This document shows, one piece after another, positions 29,795 through 40,790 of a stretch of 64,000 nt of DNA. The notes beneath the pieces were generated by a model. It worked only from the letters and a program-made list of their open reading frames with translations. It ran no database searches and was not told where the DNA came from. Location of the stretch: NCBI GenBank assembly GCA_045535075.1, contig JAZSKX010000017.1, forward strand, positions 128,001 through 192,000, written 5' to 3'. This stretch comes from Candidatus Spyradenecus sp. (GTDB lineage: Bacteria; Verrucomicrobiota; Verrucomicrobiia; Opitutales; UBA953). Position 1 is the stretch's first letter, and each line of letters begins with the position of its first letter. A program made the translations under genes and the position numbers.

Positions 29795-31306
29795 TTAAGC
29801 GCAACGCGTGGCGTGAAGGCGTTCGGGTTCGCTCATTGCGGCGAGTTCTTCGACTTTTTTAATGTCGAGGCCGAGCGCGTTCGCAATGCGCGTCCCGTAA
29901 TCTTTGTCCGCCAAATAGCAGTGCGCGGCGTGGCGGTATTTGACGTTTTCGGTAACGGGCGCAATGTCTGCCGCCGTGTTTGAAATCAGAAGCTGTTTCT
30001 TATCTTCCGTCATCAGTCGGAACAAGTCGCCGGCTTGGTAGAAGCAATCGTCCGTCTTGTCGTCGTAAGGGCTGTGATGGTCAATATCGCCGTCAACCTT
30101 CATTTTCGGCGGACGAACGCTTGCATCGCTTTCCCATTCGCCGAAGCCGTTGGGCGCGTAGCCTTTAGTTGCGCCGGCGTTCCCGTCGACTCGCATAAAT
30201 CCGTCGCGATGATAGGAATGCATCGGGCAACGTGCCTTATTGACCGGAATCTGGTCGTGATTGACGCCGAGGCGGTAGCGTTGCGCGTCGCCGTAGGAAA
30301 ACAGGCGCCCCTGCAACAATTTATCCGGCGAAAAGCCGATTCCGGGAACGACGTGCGCGGGCGCGAACGCCGCCTGCTCGACATCGGCGAAATAATTTTC
30401 CGGATTACGGTTCAGCTCAAGCGTGCCAACTTCAATCAGCGGGAACGTTTTCTGGCTCCACGTTTTCGTGATATCAAACGGATTTTCCTTATAATTTTTC
30501 GCCTGTTCTTCCGTCATGATTTGGAAGAAAAGCCGCCAGCGCGGGAAATCGCCGCGTTCAATTGCGTCAAACAAATCGCGCTGATGGCTTTCGCGGTCGG
30601 AGGCGATGATTTTCGCGGCTTCCTCGTTTGTCAGGTTTTTAATGCCCTGTTGTGTTTTAAAGTGGAACTTCACCCAAAAACGCGTTCCCGCCGCATTGAC
30701 GAGGCTGTAGGTGTGGCTGCCGAAGCCGTGCATGTGGCGATAGCTTGCGGGAATGCCGCGGTCGGACATCACAACGGTGATCTGGTGAAGCGCTTCCGGA
30801 AGCATCGTCCAAAAATCCCAGTTGTTTTGCGGCGAGCGCAAATTTGTTTTCGGGTCGCGCTTCACGGCGTGATTCAAATCCGGGAACTGGAGCGGATCGC
30901 GAATAAAGAAGACCGGCGTGTTGTTGCCGACCAAATCCCAGTTGCCTTCTTCGGTGTAGAATTTGATCGCGAACCCCCGAATGTCGCGCTCCGCATCCGC
31001 CGCGCCGCGTTCGCCGGCGACCGTCGAAAAACGCACGAAAACGTCCGTCTTTTTGCCGATTTCGGAAAAAAGTTTCGCGCAGGTATACTGCGTAACGTCG
31101 TGCGTCGTCGTAAACGTCCCGAACGCGCCGCTGCCCTTGGCGTGCATGCGCCGCTCGGGAATAACTTCGCGGTCGAAATGCGCGAGCTTTTCCATCAGCC
31201 ACACGTCCTGCATCATAATCGGACCGCGCGCGCCCGCAGTCTGCGAGTGAATGTTGTCGGAAACCGGAGCACCGACCTCGTTGGTGAGTTTGTTTTGTTT
31301 TTCCAT
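29795..31306 (-). CDS. katA: Monofunctional heme catalase
   Basis: [32 protein letters not shown]. Confidence 0.96.
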   Translation of the reverse strand: MEKQNKLTNEVGAPVSDNIHSQTAGARGPIMMQDVWLMEKLAHFDREVIPERRMHAKGSGAFGTFTTTHDVTQYTCAKLFSEIGKKTDVFVRFSTVAGERGAADAERDIRGFAIKFYTEEGNWDLVGNNTPVFFIRDPLQFPDLNHAVKRDPKTNLRSPQNNWDFWTMLPEALHQITVVMSDRGIPASYRHMHGFGSHTYSLVNAAGTRFWVKFHFKTQQGIKNLTNEEAAKIIASDRESHQRDLFDAIERGDFPRWRLFFQIMTEEQAKNYKENPFDITKTWSQKTFPLIEVGTLELNRNPENYFADVEQAAFAPAHVVPGIGFSPDKLLQGRLFSYGDAQRYRLGVNHDQIPVNKARCPMHSYHRDGFMRVDGNAGATKGYAPNGFGEWESDASVRPPKMKVDGDIDHHSPYDDKTDDCFYQAGDLFRLMTEDKKQLLISNTAADIAPVTENVKYRHAAHCYLADKDYGTRIANALGLDIKKVEELAAMSEPERLHATRCA

Positions 31307-31468
31307 GTTTTGTATTTGTTTTATTTTTGAAATGAATACAACTCTTATGCAGGTTTTTCGTTTTGTGTAAAGCTCAGATTTTCACTTCTGTAATAAATTC
31401 GCGTTCCCGCGGAAACGCTTTGTCTATCAAAAACAAAAAAAACGCCGGCTTTTAACCGGCGTTGAAAG

Positions 31469-31544
31469 TGGTGGTCAGGGGCGGGATCGAACCGCCGACA
31501 CAGGGATTTTCAGTCCCTTGCTCTACCGACTGAGCTACCTAACC
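31469..31544 (-). tRNA. tRNA-Phe(GAA)
   Basis: AGGGA-CTGAAAA-TCCCT anticodon arm, GGTTCGAT, CCA. Confidence 0.96.
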
Positions 31545-31684
31545 AAAAATGAAAGAGACTTGATTGAATTGTTTTTACGCTTTTTTGTCAAATTTATTTT
31601 TGTCTTATAACGAATTTTTCTTGTTTGATTTTTTGAAGAATAAATTTGTCGCATTCTGCGGGATTGGCGTAGACTGCTTTATTC

Positions 31685-32725
31685 GTGCGACGTAAATCCA
31701 TCATTTTTCTTTTTATTTTGGCTCTTTCGGCGTTTGGAATACTTGTGTTTTCCTGCGTCGCGGGAACGGCGGAACTCTCGTATACGGAAATTTCGCTCGC
31801 GCTGAAATCATTTTTCGTCGAATCCGGGGAAGAAGCGGATTTTGCGAGGACAATTATTTTTGAAATTCGCCTCCCGCGCGCCGTTGCGGCTTTAATTTGC
31901 GGCTTGGCGTTGGGGACGGCGGGAGCGGCACTTCAGGGGCTTTTTCGCAATCCGCTGGCAGATCCCGGGTTAATCGGAGTTTCCTCCGGCGGCGCGCTCG
32001 GAGCCCTTCTCGTTTTTGCTTTTGCGGGAACACTGCTGGCACAAATTCCGACAGTGCTTCACGTGTTTGCGCTTCCCCTGGCAGCTATGATCGGCGCTTT
32101 ATTAATAACATTTTTGGTTCTTTCGCTCGCGGGAGCGATCGGAAGAAATCGCATCGGAGGAATGCTGCTCATCGGGATCGCAATTAATTCGGCTGTCGCC
32201 GCATTCACCGGGCTGATTCTACATTTCTCGGCAGATAGCCAAATACGCACCTACACCTTCTGGATGCTCGGCGGATTAGATCGCGCGGAATGGAGCTTAA
32301 TCGCCCCGGCGGCAACAATTATCGCAACGGGATTGATGATTCTCCCACGCTGTTCTCGAGGTTTAGACGTTCTTGCTTTAGGAGAATCCGAAGCGCATTT
32401 TGCCGGAATTGACGTTACGCGCCTACGCCGCCATGTCGTTTGGGTGTCAGCGGCAATGGTCGGCTCCGCTGTCGCAATCGGCGGAATGATCGGCTTTGTC
32501 GGCTTGGTCGCGCCGCATCTGATTCGGCTGACATTCGGGCCCTCGCATCGCTTCCTCGTTCCCGCGTCCGGATTGCTAGGCGGGATTTTACTGATTGCGG
32601 CAGATATCGCGGCTCGTAGCTTAGGCGGGGCAACCGAGCTCCCGATCGGTGTCGTTACGGCAATTATCGGCGCGCCGTTTTTCTTAGGTGTTTTATTAAA
32701 AGGCGAAAGGAGAATCGTAACATGA
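31685..32725 (+). CDS. FecCD/HmuU/BtuC family ABC permease
   Basis: IRLPR, LFRNPLADP, LGESEA, IGFVGLVAPH. Confidence 0.92.
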   Translation: MRRKSIIFLFILALSAFGILVFSCVAGTAELSYTEISLALKSFFVESGEEADFARTIIFEIRLPRAVAALICGLALGTAGAALQGLFRNPLADPGLIGVSSGGALGALLVFAFAGTLLAQIPTVLHVFALPLAAMIGALLITFLVLSLAGAIGRNRIGGMLLIGIAINSAVAAFTGLILHFSADSQIRTYTFWMLGGLDRAEWSLIAPAATIIATGLMILPRCSRGLDVLALGESEAHFAGIDVTRLRRHVVWVSAAMVGSAVAIGGMIGFVGLVAPHLIRLTFGPSHRFLVPASGLLGGILLIAADIAARSLGGATELPIGVVTAIIGAPFFLGVLLKGERRIVT

Positions 32726-33492
32726 TTTTTTCGGCAAAAAATCTGATCGTCCGTCGTGGAGGAAATTGTATTCTCAATAATGTTTCCGCCGATGTTCCCA
32801 CAGGAAAACTCTCGATTGTTCTCGGACAAAACGGCGCCGGAAAATCGACTCTGCTCCACGCGCTTGCCGGCGGAATAAAACCCGATTCCGGCGAAGTTTT
32901 TTGCGGGAAAACTCCCCTGCGGGAACTTGATTCCCGGGAATTGGCGCGCCACCGCGCCGTGCTGACCCAATCGACGCAACCCGCATTTGATTTTACGGTT
33001 GAAGAAACTGTCTTACTCGGACGCACCCCTTGGATCGGAACCTCTGAAACCCGAAACGACAAAAACGTTGCCGCCAATGTTTTGCGAACCGTCGGATTGG
33101 AAAAATTTGCCGAACGGCGACTTTCCACATTATCCGGCGGCGAACTCCAGCGCGTTCAAATCGCACGAACATTCGCTCAAGGCATTACTCCGACGGGAAC
33201 GCCGACAACGTTTTTCCTCGATGAACCGCTTGCTGCTTTGGATTTCAAACATCGGTTTGAAATCATGCGCTGCCTGAAAGAGCTCGCTCAAGCCGGCAAC
33301 GCTGTTTTCGTTGTCCTACACGATTTGAATCTTTCGCTTCGTTTCGCAGATCGCGTGCTTGTCATGCAAGCGGGAAAAATCGCTCTCACGGGAACGCCGC
33401 TTGAGGTTTTAACGCCGGAAAATTTAGCTCGGATTTTTGAAATCCGAGCCGAAATTCTACGCGATTCCCGCGGTGCGTTTATCCGATTTTAA
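32722..33492 (+). CDS. HmuV/FecE family ABC ATPase
   Basis: [27 protein letters not shown]. Confidence 0.92.
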   Translation: MIFSAKNLIVRRGGNCILNNVSADVPTGKLSIVLGQNGAGKSTLLHALAGGIKPDSGEVFCGKTPLRELDSRELARHRAVLTQSTQPAFDFTVEETVLLGRTPWIGTSETRNDKNVAANVLRTVGLEKFAERRLSTLSGGELQRVQIARTFAQGITPTGTPTTFFLDEPLAALDFKHRFEIMRCLKELAQAGNAVFVVLHDLNLSLRFADRVLVMQAGKIALTGTPLEVLTPENLARIFEIRAEILRDSRGAFIRF

Positions 33493-34660
33493 CACTTTCT
33501 CGAAGCGCCTCAACGCGGTTGAGCTGCTCCCAAGGCAAATCGGATTTGGTAAAATGACCGTAATTGGTCGTATGTGCGTAAATCGGGCGTAACAAATCCA
33601 ATTGAGCAATAATGCTTGCCGGTTTGAATGAAAAAACCTTCTTTACCGCGGCAATAATTTTTTCGTCGCTAACCGTTCCCGTCCCGAACGTGTCGATGTG
33701 AATGCTCGTCGGCTCCGGCTCGCCGATTGCATAAGAAACCTGCAATTCGACGCGCTTCGCCAAGCCGGCTGCGACAATGTTTTTTGCGACCCAGCGGCAC
33801 ATGTAAGCCGCCGAGCGGTCAACTTTAGACGGATCTTTTCCGGAAAACGCACCGCCTCCATGGCGTCCGGCTCCGCCGTAAGTATCGACAATGATTTTGC
33901 GTCCCGTCAGCCCGGCATCGCCATGGGGTCCGCCGATAACGAATTTTCCCGTGGGATTGATGAAAAAATGCGTTTCCGAATCAACAAGCGTTTCGGGAAG
34001 CACGGAGCGAATCAACTTCTCGCCGAATGCGCGGATCGTCGCATGGTCAACGGCTTCCGTGTGCTGTGTCGAAAGCACAACATTTTCAATGTGCGCGGGA
34101 ACGCCGTTTTCATAGCGGACGGCAACTTGCGATTTGCAATCCGGACGCAACCAAGCCGACTCCGAAGCCGACTTGTCTTTGCGGATTTTTTCCAAAGCCT
34201 GCAAAATGCGATGAGCAAACATCACGGGAGCCGGCATCAATTCCGGAGTTTCATCCGTCGCAAAGCCGAACATAATTCCCTGGTCGCCCGCACCCTGCTC
34301 CGCAGAACTTTTGCCGGACGCAGCTGCCGCATCGACGCCTTGCGCAATGTCGGGCGATTGCGTTCCGATGAGATTTAAAATTTCAACCGTTCCGGCCTGA
34401 AAAATATCATCATCGCGTTCGTCGACATAGCCGATTTCCCGAATCGCAGCACGAGCAATCTCCTCGTAATTCACTTTCGCCAAAGTCGTAATTTCCCCGG
34501 CAAGCACCACCCGATTGTCTTTAACCAAAGTTTCGCACGCCACGCGGGAACGCGAATCCTGAGCCAAGCAAGCATCTAAAATGGAATCAGAAATTAAATC
34601 GGCGACTTTGTCCGGATGTCCGGCACCGACAGACTCGGAACTAAAAATGAAACTGCTCAT
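33479..34660 (-). CDS. metK: S-adenosylmethionine synthetase
   Basis: [26 protein letters not shown]. Confidence 0.97.
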   Translation of the reverse strand: MSSFIFSSESVGAGHPDKVADLISDSILDACLAQDSRSRVACETLVKDNRVVLAGEITTLAKVNYEEIARAAIREIGYVDERDDDIFQAGTVEILNLIGTQSPDIAQGVDAAAASGKSSAEQGAGDQGIMFGFATDETPELMPAPVMFAHRILQALEKIRKDKSASESAWLRPDCKSQVAVRYENGVPAHIENVVLSTQHTEAVDHATIRAFGEKLIRSVLPETLVDSETHFFINPTGKFVIGGPHGDAGLTGRKIIVDTYGGAGRHGGGAFSGKDPSKVDRSAAYMCRWVAKNIVAAGLAKRVELQVSYAIGEPEPTSIHIDTFGTGTVSDEKIIAAVKKVFSFKPASIIAQLDLLRPIYAHTTNYGHFTKSDLPWEQLNRVEALRESVKIG

Positions 34661-34714
34661 AATCGAGCCGCCAAGTGTGCCTGAGGCGTTCCCGCAAATC
34701 AAGAATATATTTTC

Positions 34715-34734
34715 ATATCAAGATTGATTGATAT
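34715..34734. promoter_or_regulatory. SahR/SamR-like operator upstream of metK
   Basis: ATATCAA-GATTGA-TTGATAT, perfect 7-6-7 palindrome. Confidence 0.7.
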
Positions 34735-34778
34735 ATTTAAACTTTAAAGGTACCCCTAAAATAAGTATACGGTTCTAC

Positions 34779-34816
34779 AAAAAAGCTCCCTCCGCGTTTA
34801 AACGAAGGGAGCTTTT
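34779..34816 (-). terminator. Intrinsic terminator ending the pgi operon
   Basis: AAAAAAGCTCCCT...AGGGAGCTTTT. Confidence 0.75.
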
Positions 34817-34828
34817 CAAAAAATAACA

Positions 34829-34993
34829 CTATCGGTCCTGCGGCATCATCCCGCCCATACCCGGCATTGTATTTTCCCAAGCTTGGGGAGCGCCGCTCGC
34901 CGGGAGATTGGAATCTTCCGGCGGAGGAGTCTCGGTGCACGCAACTAAAAGCGCAACGAGCGGAAGTAATGCAAACTTAACGACCGTTTTCAC
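34829..34993 (-). CDS. 54-aa small lipoprotein (not in the ORF track)
   Basis: MKTVVKFALLPLVALLVAC-TETPPPEDSNLP...; GTG start 5 bp after the upstream stop; terminator follows. Confidence 0.7.
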   Translation of the reverse strand: MKTVVKFALLPLVALLVACTETPPPEDSNLPASGAPQAWENTMPGMGGMMPQDR

Positions 34994-34998
34994 GTAGA

Positions 34999-35940
34999 TT
35001 ATTTTTTGTTAACAAACGGAATCAAGTTCACTGCCGCGCCATTCGGAACGGCTCCCATTTCAGACTTCGGAAGGATACGTGCAATTGCATTTGCGGGCGA
35101 AGCTTCGGAAATCTGAATTTGTCCGACTTTAATTCCGTTGTACTCTACATCGTAATATCCGCCCTGCATGATGTAGGATTCTGCAGTTCCGACAGAAAGC
35201 ACGATCAAACCGCGGCGAACATCGATAGAGCTAACCGTAGTCTGAACATAGGGAGAAGCAAATTTAACGACCGGTCCGGTCAACGCATTGGTGACATAAA
35301 GAGCGGACGGATATTCTTCATCATCAAACGTCATACCTTTAGCACGCGCCAAGTGACGGAATTTCGTGTAACGATTCTGTCCTTTTTCCATCTTCTTTTG
35401 GAGGTCCGCGATTTCATCCAAAAGTGCATTGTACTCGTCGAGCGTTTTCATGTTGGCGATGCGTTCATTAAGGCGCGCCGTATTTTCCTTTTCGGAACGG
35501 AGCGTCGCTTCGGAAGCCGCCAACTTGGTTTCGAGATCGGCAACGTTGTCTTGAAGTTCGTTGCGTGCACGCGTCAATTCTGCGTTTTCGGCAACCTTCG
35601 CATCAATTTCGGACTTAAGTCCTTCAATCGTTGCATCACGCGCGGCAATCGTATTTTTCTGAGCAGCAATGGTCGCATCATCCTTAAGCTTCTGCTCACG
35701 ACGCCCTTCAATTTCTTTGCACGCGGGAGCGACGATTTCCATCGCCGCTTTCAAGTCTATGGGTTTAGAGAGCTTTTGATAATCGAACGGCTCACCGGAA
35801 GTTTTCGCAACCTGTGCAAGCGGTTTTGCTTTAGCAACGGCATTGTCCATTTCCCCTTTAATGAGGAAAAACAGCGCAATTGCGCCGGCGGAAAGCACGA
35901 TAGCGAGTGCGCGGAGAATGATAGAAACTTTGTTGTTCAT
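34999..35940 (-). CDS. Membrane-anchored coiled-coil hypothetical protein
   Basis: N-terminal TM, long heptad region, beta-rich C-terminus. Confidence 0.75.
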   Translation of the reverse strand: MNNKVSIILRALAIVLSAGAIALFFLIKGEMDNAVAKAKPLAQVAKTSGEPFDYQKLSKPIDLKAAMEIVAPACKEIEGRREQKLKDDATIAAQKNTIAARDATIEGLKSEIDAKVAENAELTRARNELQDNVADLETKLAASEATLRSEKENTARLNERIANMKTLDEYNALLDEIADLQKKMEKGQNRYTKFRHLARAKGMTFDDEEYPSALYVTNALTGPVVKFASPYVQTTVSSIDVRRGLIVLSVGTAESYIMQGGYYDVEYNGIKVGQIQISEASPANAIARILPKSEMGAVPNGAAVNLIPFVNKK

Positions 35941-35946
35941 GGGGTT

Positions 35947-37527
35947 TTATCGGTTATAATTGAAAGTTGAGCAGTAAGCCGGGGCTCGGGTTTGACGGGC
36001 AACCGCACAAGACGCGCTCGCCGCCAAGTGTTGACAGATTTTGAACACTAATTCCGTGCGGTTTTCAAGCTCTAATTTTTCGGCGATGGCTTCCGCAGAG
36101 AATTTTTCGGGAGCATTTGCCTTCAAAAATTCAACGATTTGAGTTTGAAGTTTTAAAATCCCCGCAGCGGCTTTTTTCCCGGCTTCGACGCCCGGCTGGT
36201 GGTAAGCGTTGATGCCGATAAACGTCGCATAAAAACCGACCGCACGTTCGAAGAGCGCAATCAGCGCGCCGATGCTTTGCGGCGTCACGTCTTCGACGGT
36301 CAGCGTTACCGAGGCGCGCCCTTTTTCGGTCAGAGCTTCGCGCGTGCCGAGGAGGAAGCCTTCAAGATAATCTCCGGCGGAAATTCCCGGATCAACTTCC
36401 GTGCTTTCACCTGCGCGATCCCGCAAAACTTCGATGAAAGTCGCGAAGAAATTCGGTACGCCTTCGCGCAATTGCTGAATATAGGCGTGCTGGTCGGTCG
36501 AACCCTTGTTCCCGTAAACGGAAATCCCTTGATTGACGACGTTCCCGGCGAGGTCTTTTTCCTTGCCGAGCGATTCCATTATCAGCTGCTGCAAATAGCG
36601 AGCAAAGAGCAAAAGGCGATCTTTGTAAGGCAAAATCACCATATCTTTCGCGCCTTTTCCGTCCGTCAGAAAATACCACGCGAGCGCGAGCAACGCCGCC
36701 GGATTCTCGAGCGCTTCGCGGGAACGCGTTTGCGCGTCCATCGCTGCCGCTCCCGCGAGCATTCCGCGAATATCCAAGCCCTGAAGTGCAGCCGGAAGCA
36801 AGCCGACCGCCGCCATTTCGCTGGTGCGCCCGCCGACCCAATCCCACATCGGGAACCGCTCAATAAAACCTTGTGCGAGAGCCGTTTTGTCGAGCTGGGA
36901 ACCAACTCCGGTAACGGCGACTGCGTGTTTTGCAAAATCCAATCCCGCCGCCTTGTATTGCGCGACGGTTTCAATCATCGCGTTGCGCGGTTCGGGCGTG
37001 CTTCCGGATTTCGACGTTACGACGCAAAGTGTTTCGCCGAGCTTTCCTTTGAGCTCGGCAAAAACGATGTCAAAACCGTCCGCATCCGTGTTATCGAGGA
37101 AGAAAACCTTCATTTTGTCGCGCCCGGGCATTCCGAGAGCAGAGGCGACGAATTGCGGTCCGAGCGCGCTCCCGCCGATGCCGATGCAGAGAAGATTTTT
37201 GAACGTTCCCGCGCTACCGGAAATTTCGCCGGAATGAACTTTGTTTGCAAAAACTTCGATTTTTTCGAGCGTTCCCGCGATTTCGGCGGCGAGCTCGGCT
37301 GTCGGCGCGAGTTGCGGAGCGCGCAGCCAATAATGCCCGACCATGCGGTTTTCGTCCGGATTGGCGATTGCGCCCTTTTCGAGTTCCGCCATTGCGTCAA
37401 ACGCCTTATCGAGCATCGGCTTTGCGGCGGCGATGTAATCCGTCGGGAACCCGACGCGGCTCAAGTCGATGGCGAAATTGAGCGCATCAAACGCGATGTA
37501 GTTTTTCTTAAAGTTTTCCCAGCTCAT
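35947..37527 (-). CDS. pgi: Glucose-6-phosphate isomerase
   Basis: [40 protein letters not shown]. Confidence 0.97.
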   Translation of the reverse strand: MSWENFKKNYIAFDALNFAIDLSRVGFPTDYIAAAKPMLDKAFDAMAELEKGAIANPDENRMVGHYWLRAPQLAPTAELAAEIAGTLEKIEVFANKVHSGEISGSAGTFKNLLCIGIGGSALGPQFVASALGMPGRDKMKVFFLDNTDADGFDIVFAELKGKLGETLCVVTSKSGSTPEPRNAMIETVAQYKAAGLDFAKHAVAVTGVGSQLDKTALAQGFIERFPMWDWVGGRTSEMAAVGLLPAALQGLDIRGMLAGAAAMDAQTRSREALENPAALLALAWYFLTDGKGAKDMVILPYKDRLLLFARYLQQLIMESLGKEKDLAGNVVNQGISVYGNKGSTDQHAYIQQLREGVPNFFATFIEVLRDRAGESTEVDPGISAGDYLEGFLLGTREALTEKGRASVTLTVEDVTPQSIGALIALFERAVGFYATFIGINAYHQPGVEAGKKAAAGILKLQTQIVEFLKANAPEKFSAEAIAEKLELENRTELVFKICQHLAASASCAVARQTRAPAYCSTFNYNR

Positions 37528-37543
37528 TACTCAAAAAAATACT

Positions 37544-37921
37544 TTATTTTGCAGGGGGATTTTCCGTCGGGGCGGATTCCTGCGCCGGCGTTGCGGGAAC
37601 GTCTTCCGTCACCAACGCGGCAGGAGCCGTCTGCGCCGTTTCCATTTTCAGAGCTTCCGCCGTATCATTGCGAGAATCCTTTGCGATAAAACCAAAGTAA
37701 AGCACAGCACAAAGAATGAAAAACAGCGTAATAAAAATAACGGTTGCCTTGGAAAGTACGCCTGCCGCTTCTCCGCCGAAGACGCTTTCGGAAGTTGCCC
37801 CGCCGAGCGCGGAACCCATTCCCGCATTGGCGCTCGGACGTTGCATCAAAACGAAGAGCACGACGAGCACGCAAACAAAAAACAGCACGAGGGCAGCACT
37901 AAAAAGTAAAATATTAAACAT
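37544..37921 (-). CDS. secG: Preprotein translocase subunit SecG
   Basis: TM-VLMQ-GMGSALGG-SVFG-LSKAT-TM. Confidence 0.92.
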   Translation of the reverse strand: MFNILLFSAALVLFFVCVLVVLFVLMQRPSANAGMGSALGGATSESVFGGEAAGVLSKATVIFITLFFILCAVLYFGFIAKDSRNDTAEALKMETAQTAPAALVTEDVPATPAQESAPTENPPAK

Positions 37922-37992
37922 AAGGTTTTGTGATTAAATTAAAACGAAGCCTCAATCTCAAACAAATTTTCGGACTTGAAGCGTTCCCGGAA

Positions 37993-38556
37993 CTAGCGAC
38001 TCCGGAGCAATTCCGGATATTTCAGAAAAACTTCGCCGAGGGCGGCAATCATAATTGAGTGATGAATCGCTCCGCCGCGCGCCAGTTCAAGCAATTCCGC
38101 AGGTGAAACTTCCCGCACGAGAATTTCTTCGTTTTCGTCCAAAGACGTTCCCGCGATTTTCTTACAATTTTTAATAAGAATGATGCTACAGAAATTATTA
38201 AAAATCGCCGGATTCGCAGAAAGTTTCCCCAACAAAATCGGCGGATCGCCTGCGTAGCCCGTCTCTTCGAGGAGTTCCCGCGGACCGGCAGCAAGCGGAT
38301 CTTCGCCCGCTTCAACAACACCACCCGGAAACTCCCAAGACAAATCGCGTACGCCGTAACGATACTGTTGCTCGACCAGAAAGTTTCCGGATTCCGTCAC
38401 GCAAACGCAAGTAACCCAAGCCGGAGCGTGCGCAACAAAGAAATCGCCTTCTCTCCCGTCTTGCGGGTGGCGATTTCTTTCACGAAAAACTCTGAAAACC
38501 TTACAGTCCGCCCAAAGCTCTTCTTCGGAAACTTCCCAACGGGACGGCGTTTTCAT
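37993..38556 (-). CDS. NUDIX hydrolase (ADP-ribose pyrophosphatase-like)
   Basis: GVVEAGEDPLAAGPRELLEETG Nudix box. Confidence 0.9.
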   Translation of the reverse strand: MKTPSRWEVSEEELWADCKVFRVFRERNRHPQDGREGDFFVAHAPAWVTCVCVTESGNFLVEQQYRYGVRDLSWEFPGGVVEAGEDPLAAGPRELLEETGYAGDPPILLGKLSANPAIFNNFCSIILIKNCKKIAGTSLDENEEILVREVSPAELLELARGGAIHHSIMIAALGEVFLKYPELLRSR

Positions 38557-38565
38557 GAAAACAAA

Positions 38566-39135
38566 TTATTTCGCGGGAACCTTGATTTTCTGACCGACGC
38601 GCAAACGCGCCGGCTCAATATCCGGATTCAATTCCTGAATATCCACAACCTTGCAACCGAGCTTGTTGGCAATTTTATAGAAATTGTCACCGGGCTGAAT
38701 CGTGTATTCGCCGCCCGCGTTTGATGCCGCAGAAGAAGAGGAAGCATCAGAAGTCGGGCGCGAAACCGGGCGGGAACCGTTCACGCGGTTGTTAATCGCG
38801 ACAAGCGTGTCTTCGAGCGATTTGTCCTTTTGATCAAGCGCTTCGAATTTTCTCGCGAGTTCTTCCCGCAAAAGACCGATTTCCTGACGGAGCGCTTCAA
38901 CATCTTTGGCGCTTTCTCCGCCGAAACCCTGTTCTGCGGCAGCCTTGTTGACAGTCGCATGAATTTCCTCGATGTCGGAATCGACCTTTGTCGTGAAACG
39001 ATCGACCTTTCCGCGAACAACAAACGCGATAATCAGCGCAAGCCCGCCGATGATAATTCCCAAAATTCCGATTCCGATCGGAATTTTCAAATCTGCGGGA
39101 GCGTCAAAACCGGAGTCAATTGAAGAATCTTCCAT
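38566..39135 (-). CDS. Membrane-anchored LysM domain protein
   Basis: TM, coiled coil, YTIQPGDNFYKIA...LNP...LRVGQKIKVP. Confidence 0.88.
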   Translation of the reverse strand: MEDSSIDSGFDAPADLKIPIGIGILGIIIGGLALIIAFVVRGKVDRFTTKVDSDIEEIHATVNKAAAEQGFGGESAKDVEALRQEIGLLREELARKFEALDQKDKSLEDTLVAINNRVNGSRPVSRPTSDASSSSAASNAGGEYTIQPGDNFYKIANKLGCKVVDIQELNPDIEPARLRVGQKIKVPAK

Positions 39136-39235
39136 AGTATTTTTGTTTAAGTGAAATTGTTTTTAACTGCTTTCTCGTGATGGAATATTTTGTTGACATC
39201 GAGGGCAATAAAAAACGATTCTTAGCCGATATTTT

Positions 39236-39313
39236 CGGGCGTTAGCGCAGTCTGGCTAGCGCATCTGCTTTGGGAGCAGAGGGTCGGGGGTTCGAATCCC
39301 TCACGCCCGACCA
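39236..39313 (+). tRNA. tRNA-Pro(TGG)
   Basis: TCTGC-TTTGGGA-GCAGA, GGTTCGAATCC, CCA. Confidence 0.96.
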
Positions 39314-39587
39314 AAAACCCTCTTTCAAATCACTTAAAAATCCGGAGAAATAAGGAAATTGCGAGTTTTCTTATCCTTTCGCAATCTCTCAAATCTGCCG
39401 GAAAATGCTCAACAACGCCTGTTTCCGACAAAAGAATTTACGTACATTTTTTAGGCGTGTTTTCAAACCCTTTAATTCGATTAAAAGGCGGCAAAAACAT
39501 CCCTTCCCGGACCGTTCCCGCCGTTCTTAAGGAAAATCCTCGCGTTCCCGCCGGGAACAATTAGCATTTTCGCCATTCCCTCTCGCC

Positions 39588-40790
39588 ATGAAAAAATCAA
39601 TGCCTGCTCTTCCCGACACGTTCCCGCAACCTGAAAAAAACGGTCGCACGGATATACTCTTCGTCGCCGGAGAACACTCGGGAGACGAGCTCGCCGCGAA
39701 AGTCATTCGCGATTTGCTCCGGGAAAATCCCGCTTTAAAAATCACCGCATTCGGCGGGAACGATATGCAACGCGCCGGCGCTCAGTTGCTTTTTAATATG
39801 ACGACGTTTTCCGCCGTCGGGCTCGTCGAAGTCGTTTCAAATCTTTCTTTTTATTCCGCGCTGTTTAAAAAAATACTCGCTTGGATTCGCACGCATCGCC
39901 CGCGGACGGTTTGCTTTGTCGACTTCCCGGGAATGAATCTGCGCCTCGCGGAAGCGATGAAAAAGGAAGGTCTCTCCCGAAAAGGCGGCGGAGACATTGC
40001 GGTTTATCACTATGTTTCTCCGCAAATTTGGGCGTGGAAATCACATCGGCGTTTTAAAATGGAAAAAGTTTTGGATTCGCTCGGCGTGCTTTTCCCGTTT
40101 GAGCTGAAATGCTATGCGGACACGCAACTTGATGTCCATTTCGTCGGCGATCCTTTTGCCGCGCCGGATCATCGGCTTCCCGTAAAATATGACGCGAACG
40201 GTCCCGTGCTGCTGCTTCCGGGAAGCCGCCCGAAACCCGTCGCGCGCATTTTTCCGGTTTTACTTGAATCCTGGAAACGTTTTCACGCAACGCACCCGGA
40301 CAAAAAAGCCGTTGTGCTCCACCCCGGAGAACCCGTGCTAGGCATTTTACGGGAACTCATGGCGTCGGATCCGGAAGCGGCAAGAGGCATCGAGCTCGTT
40401 CCCGTCGATGACGTCGAAAACGATGCACAACTCGCAAGCGCCGTTCTGATGAGCTCGGGAACGATGTCGCGCACTTGCTCGCTCGCGGGAATTCCGGGTG
40501 CGATTCTTTATTTGGCAAACGCCCTGACTTGGACAATCGGGCGCTGGCTTGTCGGCGACAAAGTCCGCTACCTCGGCATGGCAAACATTCTGCTCGATCG
40601 CGATGTTTATCCGGAATATCTGCAACAGGATGCAACGCCGGAAAAGCTTTCTGCGCGGCTTTCCGAATGCTTCGACAATCCCGCGATTCTCGCTCAAATG
40701 CAAAAAGACTGCGCCGAGTTGCACGCGCTTTTGCATCCTCAATCCGACGGACTGAACGCCGCACGTTGGCTTTCCCGCAGCTTGCTTTAA
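39588..40790 (+). CDS. lpxB: Lipid-A-disaccharide synthase
   Basis: VAGEHSGD, VDFPGMN, YVSPQIWAW, LLPGSR, SGT. Confidence 0.95.
   Translation: MKKSMPALPDTFPQPEKNGRTDILFVAGEHSGDELAAKVIRDLLRENPALKITAFGGNDMQRAGAQLLFNMTTFSAVGLVEVVSNLSFYSALFKKILAWIRTHRPRTVCFVDFPGMNLRLAEAMKKEGLSRKGGGDIAVYHYVSPQIWAWKSHRRFKMEKVLDSLGVLFPFELKCYADTQLDVHFVGDPFAAPDHRLPVKYDANGPVLLLPGSRPKPVARIFPVLLESWKRFHATHPDKKAVVLHPGEPVLGILRELMASDPEAARGIELVPVDDVENDAQLASAVLMSSGTMSRTCSLAGIPGAILYLANALTWTIGRWLVGDKVRYLGMANILLDRDVYPEYLQQDATPEKLSARLSECFDNPAILAQMQKDCAELHALLHPQSDGLNAARWLSRSLL

Noticed and set aside
34661..34780. SAM riboswitch upstream of metK
   Set aside because: No SAM-I/II core elements recognisable; the region is short and AT-rich
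40475..40789. N-terminal extensions of tilS (and of ftsH at 42040-42153)
   Set aside because: They overlap the upstream gene; downstream ATGs give conventional starts
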